A stretch of 64,000 nucleotides of DNA, taken from positions 620,001 to 684,000 of the forward strand of contig CAUYUJ010000001.1 in assembly GCA_963575745.1 (NCBI GenBank), read 5' to 3'. The stretch is from Prorocentrum cordatum (taxonomy: Eukaryota). This document shows, one piece after another, positions 58,801-64,000 of the stretch; position 1 is the first letter of the stretch, and each line of letters begins with the position of its first letter. A program made the position numbers and the translations under genes. Below the pieces are notes generated by a model. It was not told the DNA's origin, did no database searches, and saw only the letters and a list, made by a program, of their open reading frames with translations.

Positions 58801-61659
58801 GACAACCGACCCACCCGCTGAGTTCCACACTTTTCCCGGCCACTCGTACGACCCGCCAGACTGCGGCAACCCTGCGCTCTCCCCCGTCGACGCCCGCGCG
58901 GAGTGGAACCAGCCCTCCCCGCGCTTGTTGGGCCAGCCCCCGCTCCCCTGCAGGCGGCCGCCCGCCGCTGGCGAGCTCGGCCGCCGAAGACCCCGCCGCC
59001 GGTGCAGCGCCCCCGGACACGTCTCCCCCGCGTAAACCTAGTGCAGCGGGCGTCCCTCTCCCCAGCAGGGGCGACGGCGCAGCTACCCACGGCGATGCCG
59101 TCTCCGACGCATCCGCGGCTGACTCACAGGCCGCTGACGCCCAACCCGCCCCACCCCCTCGTGTGCGAAAAGGGGCCTCGGTTGCCCTGTCCCCGGCCCA
59201 CAGCTCGGGCCCGCCCATCCTGCGAGTCGACTCCCCCCGCAGCCCTGAGGTGGCAGCCAGGCCCTGCAGCCCCGCGTCCCCGGCGGACGACCCTAGCGAG
59301 TCTCCAGAGCTCGCGGACAGGACGACAGGAGGCTGAACTGCCCCTCCGATCGAAGGGCCCCGCCATCCCCCAGCGCCCCCACCCCGGCGCAGCCCTGGAC
59401 GGACACCGCGGCACGGGACGAGCGCGGCTGGGGCGAGGGCTGGGGTGAGCGCCGTCCACGTCGACATCGCGAAACCAGCCGCAGTGGCCCCTGCAGCGGC
59501 AGCTGGCCTGGATGGTCGGGCTGGGCCAGCTGGGCGGCCAGCGACCGCTGGAGTCGGACCCCGCACGCCCACGCACCCTCCTTCCCCGACGACAACCCAG
59601 CACCCCGGGCCGCCCCGTGGCCCCCCTACGAGCACGCGCAAGCCGACCCCTCACAGGACCTGGTCGACCCCCTCACTGGCCCTTGCTTGTGACACCTCGG
59701 ATCTGGAGTGGGCCCAGCTCCCCCCGCCCCATGGCGAGGCCCTGGCCGAGACTCTGAAGCGGCTCCAGAAGGATCTAGGAGAGTACTTCAACGGGGTCTG
59801 GTGCCAGTGGACTGCCAAGCACCCCGCCAAGTCCGGCTACATCTGCGCGGAAGCAGGAGCCTGATTCATGCAGGCGCTTCCTCCGTGAGTGGCATCGCCA
59901 TAACTGGACGAGGCGCGACGCCGCGGTCCGCGGTAGGCTCACGGACAGGGCCGAGGGCAAGGGCGCCCTGGGCAAAGCCAGAGGCAAGGGGCACCGGGAG
60001 GGCACGACCCCAGCTTGACAAGGTCGGGGTGCCACCTGCTGAGCCAGGAGCTCGCGCCAGCCCTGGGTATAGTCCTAATGTCCTCTCACGGGTCCCCACC
60101 CCCCGCTTCCACTGTTTGGCATCCCATGCGACGCGCCAGGGCCAAGTGCCTTCCCGCGCTCGGCACCGGTACTTCCCATGTCGATGCGAACGACCTTCCT
60201 CTGGGGCCTGCCTCAGGCGGGGCCCCCTTGGCGCGCCCGGCCGGGGCTGTCGGCTCGTCCCTGGCAATCAGGAGATCCAAATCCTAGACCCCGCTTTGCG
60301 GCCTCTCGCCCCCTGGATGACCGCCGCCCCCCCCTGGCCCGCCCTTGGCGCAGCCTCGGGGCCTGGTCCCCGCCCAAGCGGGCCACCTGTGCTGCTCGGC
60401 CCCATCGCGACACCACTTGCGGCCCAGTGCTGCCCTGCACTTCGACGTCGTTGGCTGCGCCCCCGACGCCTCCCAGCCTCTTCTCAGCGCCGCCGGGGGG
60501 CCGCTCGTCGCCTCTCACCCCGCCTGCCCCTTTGTCACCCGCCATTGCGCGACTGTTAGTCACCGCCTGCCACCGCCTCCCCCGCTCTGTCTGGCCTCCC
60601 CACACTCTGGCGCGGCTGCCGCCGCCGCCCCGCGCCCGCCCCCCGCCCACTTCCTGGTCCGCGCCACCCACGGATGCTTTACATATTCTGCAGCTGTTAG
60701 CTGCTGCCCCCCGCCCGCCCCCCGCCCGCCCCCTTGCCCCCGCCCCCGACGCCCTTCCGCCATGTGACTCAATTTCGCGCGACTGTTAGTCGCTTTCCCG
60801 GCCCTTCTTCCCGGCCCTTCTCCCCCCCGCGCGGCCTGCGTCGCCGCTGTTGCCCGGCCGGGGGTGCCGGGGCCCACCCGCCGCCTGGCCGTGGCCTGCC
60901 GCCCCCCGCCGCTCCCCGCCTCCACTGGCGCGCCCCCCCTGGTCCGCGACGCCCCCCCTGGGGCGCCGGGGCCTTGTGCCGGTGGCCCCGCCGGACTGCG
61001 TGGACTGGTCCCCCGCGCCGTCGCCGCCCGACTTAGTGCCGGCGCCTCTGCCTGGGGCTATCGCTCGTTCTGGAGCGCGCCGTTCGCTCTGCCGGGCTGC
61101 CTCGCCGATTGGGCGCGCATTGGCTGGTGGGCGCCTCCCTCAATGCCGGTCTGCGCCCCTACTGCGCCTGGCGCGCCCCTCCCTCGCGAGAGAGGTGGCT
61201 CGTGGCACCGCGCTCTGCCGCCCGCGATGGGTCGCTGACCTGGCTGACGACCCCCGCTGCGGTTCCGCCTTGCCGTCCATTCGCTTTTCCGTGGTCGCCG
61301 AGCACTTGCGCGCCGCCTGACCTGCTCGGTCCTTTTCCTGGACCTGGTCACGTTCTGATTCATCAGCCGTTTTGGTGTGCATCGAGGTCGCCCTGGCCTT
61401 CGTCGGCTTCAGCTTGAACCACCTGTTCGCCAGCGTCGGTTTCGCCTCCTGAGTGGAAGCGTAGACCGCTCCTGTTGCTGAGGGGCTAATTTAGCCCGCT
61501 GCTCGTTAGCTGCGCGTTGACTTGACGCCGTGCGATGTGTCGCGACGGTCGCGATCAAGGAAGTGCCCCCACCATCCCATCCAGAAGCGATGCCCATGAG
61601 AGCTGACGGGGGAGAGAGGTCGAGACATATAGTCAAGCAGCGCGGGCAACAAGAGTGAA

Positions 61660-62470
61660 TGTGGGTGCCTCGGGGATCCTCTTGAGGCCTCTTGGGGGCC
61701 TTTTGGGGGGCCTTTTGGGGGCCTCTTGGAGGCCTCTTGGAACCGTCTGGGCGCCTCTTGGGGCCGTCTGGGCGCATTTGTGGGCCTTTCTTGGGGCGCT
61801 CTCGGGGGCCTTGGGGGCGGTCTTGGGGCCATCTTGGAGAAGATCGATCAAAGAAGGGGGGGTCTCCAATTAGGCTCCCCGTTCGGGAGCGCCGACAATG
61901 GCTCCTGAATGGGCCCCTTCTGGCGCGCTCTTGGAGCGCTCTTGGGCGTTCTTGGGGCCGTCTTGGGGCTCTCTTGGGCCCCGAAGGGAGAGGTCGCTGC
62001 CTCTCGAGAGCCCCCCAAGTCGCCTCTTGGAGCGCTCTTGGGGCGCTTTTGGAGCGCTTTTGGGCGCTCTTGGGGCCGTCTTGGGTCTCTCTTGCCCCTT
62101 GTAGGGGCTATCTTGGGACATTTTGGAGCTAGGTTGATGCTTCGGATGGGCATTGGAAGCGCACAGGCGAGAACGCGAAACACATTGATTTCCCTGCAGG
62201 TTTTGAAGCATTTTGGCCTGTTGGGGGCATCCTTGGGGAGCTCTTTCGGCCACTTGGAGCCGTCATGTTGCGGTCTTGGAGCGTCTTGGGGCATTTTGGG
62301 AGCTATCTCGAGGCATCTTGCGCTATCTTGAGCCATCTTGGCGGTCATATTGGGCTTTCTGAGGCCCTCTTGGAACCAACTTGGGTGAAAAACTACCCTC
62401 TGACACCTCGCGGCGCCCCCCGTCCAGGCCCAGGGGAGGGGGTAGGGGGAGGGGTCAAGTCACCCCCTCC
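61660..62470. repeat. Dispersed GGCCTCTTGG-rich repeat family; related blocks at about 17170-17580 and 39880-40500
   Basis: Recurrent tcttggggcc / ggcctcttgga motifs. Confidence 0.7.
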
Positions 62471-62596
62471 CCGCCCGCAAGCCGTCTCGCTCACTCCCAC
62501 CCACCCTCCCAACACGAACGTAGCACCCGAGTCTGGCCCGAGCATCAGCATATATTCAGCAGTCGTCTTGGGATGGGGAGCTACTGGGGGCCAATC

Positions 62597-62677
62597 CGCC
62601 GCCGCCGCCGCTGCGTCCGCTGCGTCCGCCGCCGCCGCCGCCGCCGCCGCCGCTGCCCGCCGCCGCCGCACCCGCCA

Positions 62678-62708
<31 letters not shown>

Positions 62709-62794
62709 CCCCGCTGCCAAACCGCCGCCGCAGCCGCAGCCGCTGCCGCCACCGCCCCTGCGCGCAGCCGCCGCAGCCGCCCCGCCGCGCCGCC

Positions 62795-62834
<40 letters not shown>

Positions 62835-62916
62835 AGCCGCCGCCGCAGCCGCCGCCGCCGCAGCCGCCGCAGCCGCCGCCGCCGCCGCCGCAGCCGCCGC
62901 AGCCGCCGCCGCCGCC
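62597..62916. repeat. (GCC)n microsatellite
   Basis: Direct inspection. Confidence 0.95.
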
Positions 62917-63409
62917 AAGTGTACTCTGTATTGTTTTTTGATAGGGATGGTCGGGGGGGGGGCCGCATCGGGTTGGCTGCGCATGTTCCGAATTTGGAGG
63001 CAGAGTGTGTTTTGCATTGTTTTTTGCAAGGGATGGTGGGGGGGGGGGGGGTCGGCATGGACTCGGGTTGGCCCCCAGTCGCCTGGGGGGGGGTGTTTAT
63101 TAATAGGGAGCAGTGATTAACCCCTTCCCGAAGGGGATAAACGAGGGGTGGAAAAGGAAACGCTCTAAACCACCGGCGCCCAGAGGGCTGGTGGGATTTT
63201 TGGTTCCAGGCACATCAAAGAGATTTCGAAACTGAGGACTGAGGCTCGGTGTATTGGGCACACGACTTGGGGACGCGCCCACTCCGTGCCCAGAGGCACG
63301 GTGGCGGATTATTGAACACTTGGTTACGTATTAAGACTTTCTTCTCGTACTGTGCATGTGCTGCCTTTCGGTACGACAGGGGCACGCAACTGGAGCAATG
63401 TACAACGTG

Positions 63410-63980
63410 GTCTTGGGAGCGCGAATATGGTGCAAATTACGGGTTGGCGTAACTTACGACAAATATGGCCTCGAACGCGAATCTGGTGTAATTCGCCAGG
63501 GGGCATGGTTTCGGGGGCGCGAATCTGGCGCATCTTTCCAGGGATCATTGCCCAGGGAACGCGAATCTGAAGTAGTTTGCGCGGTGTTGTGGCTTCGGGG
63601 GCACGAATCTGGCATTCCTTACGTGGGATTACTGCCTCGGGAGCAGGACCCTGGTGTAATTTATACAGGGTTCTAGGCTCGGGGGCGCGAGTTGGGCGCG
63701 TAGTGCAGAGAGGGCGTCTGGCCTCGGGAGCGCGAATCTGGCGTAGCTTATGTGGAATTCGGGCTTCGGGAACGCGAATCAGTCGTAGTTTACGCTGTGT
63801 TGTGGCCGTTGGAACGCAATTGTAGCACTCTTTAATCGGGACTCGAATCTGGGTCAAATTGCAAGGAGTTGAGTTTGGCGTCGGGGGGGCGAGCGCGGCG
63901 TACATAGGACGGGATCTGGCTTCGGGGGCGCAGATCTAGGGTATTTCAATTGGCTTCTGGCCTTGGGAACGCGAATTTTG
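63410..63980. repeat. Degenerate ~42-bp tandem repeat
   Basis: Recurrent cgggagcgcgaatctgg at ~42-bp spacing. Confidence 0.85.
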
Positions 63981-64000
63981 TGTATGTATATATTACGAGG

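Larger units (their letters stand above)
51695..59864 (+). pseudogene. Large frameshifted ORF: C2H2-like zinc finger, Upf1-like SF1 helicase, uncharacterised Cys-rich C-terminal regions
   Basis: caccATGG start at 51695. Protein-like fragments continue on the + strand to 59864. Continuity beyond about 56.9 kb is inferred. Confidence 0.6.

Overview
Eukaryotic, GC-rich, repeat-saturated nuclear DNA from a dinoflagellate. A perfect 22-nt dinoflagellate spliced leader (DinoSL) lies at 961-982; a Prorocentrum-like genome is a guess from GC content and repeat style. No ordinary host gene is recognisable. The window has three retroelements and many smaller repeats. (1) A full-length, open-frame APE-RT LINE (961-6650) that starts with DinoSL, ends in a 13-bp hairpin plus (TCC)13 and sits in a (TCC)n tract. 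(2) A decayed Ty1/Copia element (about 11.1-16.6 kb) whose pol has a C-terminal extension with a hydrophobic segment and a SAP-like motif. (3) A 5'-truncated, decayed LINE (from about 49.0 kb) whose ORF2 tail carries a CCHC knuckle, a SET-like segment and RNase H. It is followed about 30 nt later by an apparently intronless, frameshifted ~8-kb ORF encoding a zinc finger, a complete Upf1/SMUBP2-like SF1 helicase, a possible RNase III-like motif and Cys-rich modules; this is the best candidate for an undescribed system. (4) MITEs, a 133-bp palindrome, a Helentron-like family with internal tandem repeats, satellites, microsatellites and a degenerate nested SL relic at 41131. All domain calls come from reading motifs by eye; no searches were run.
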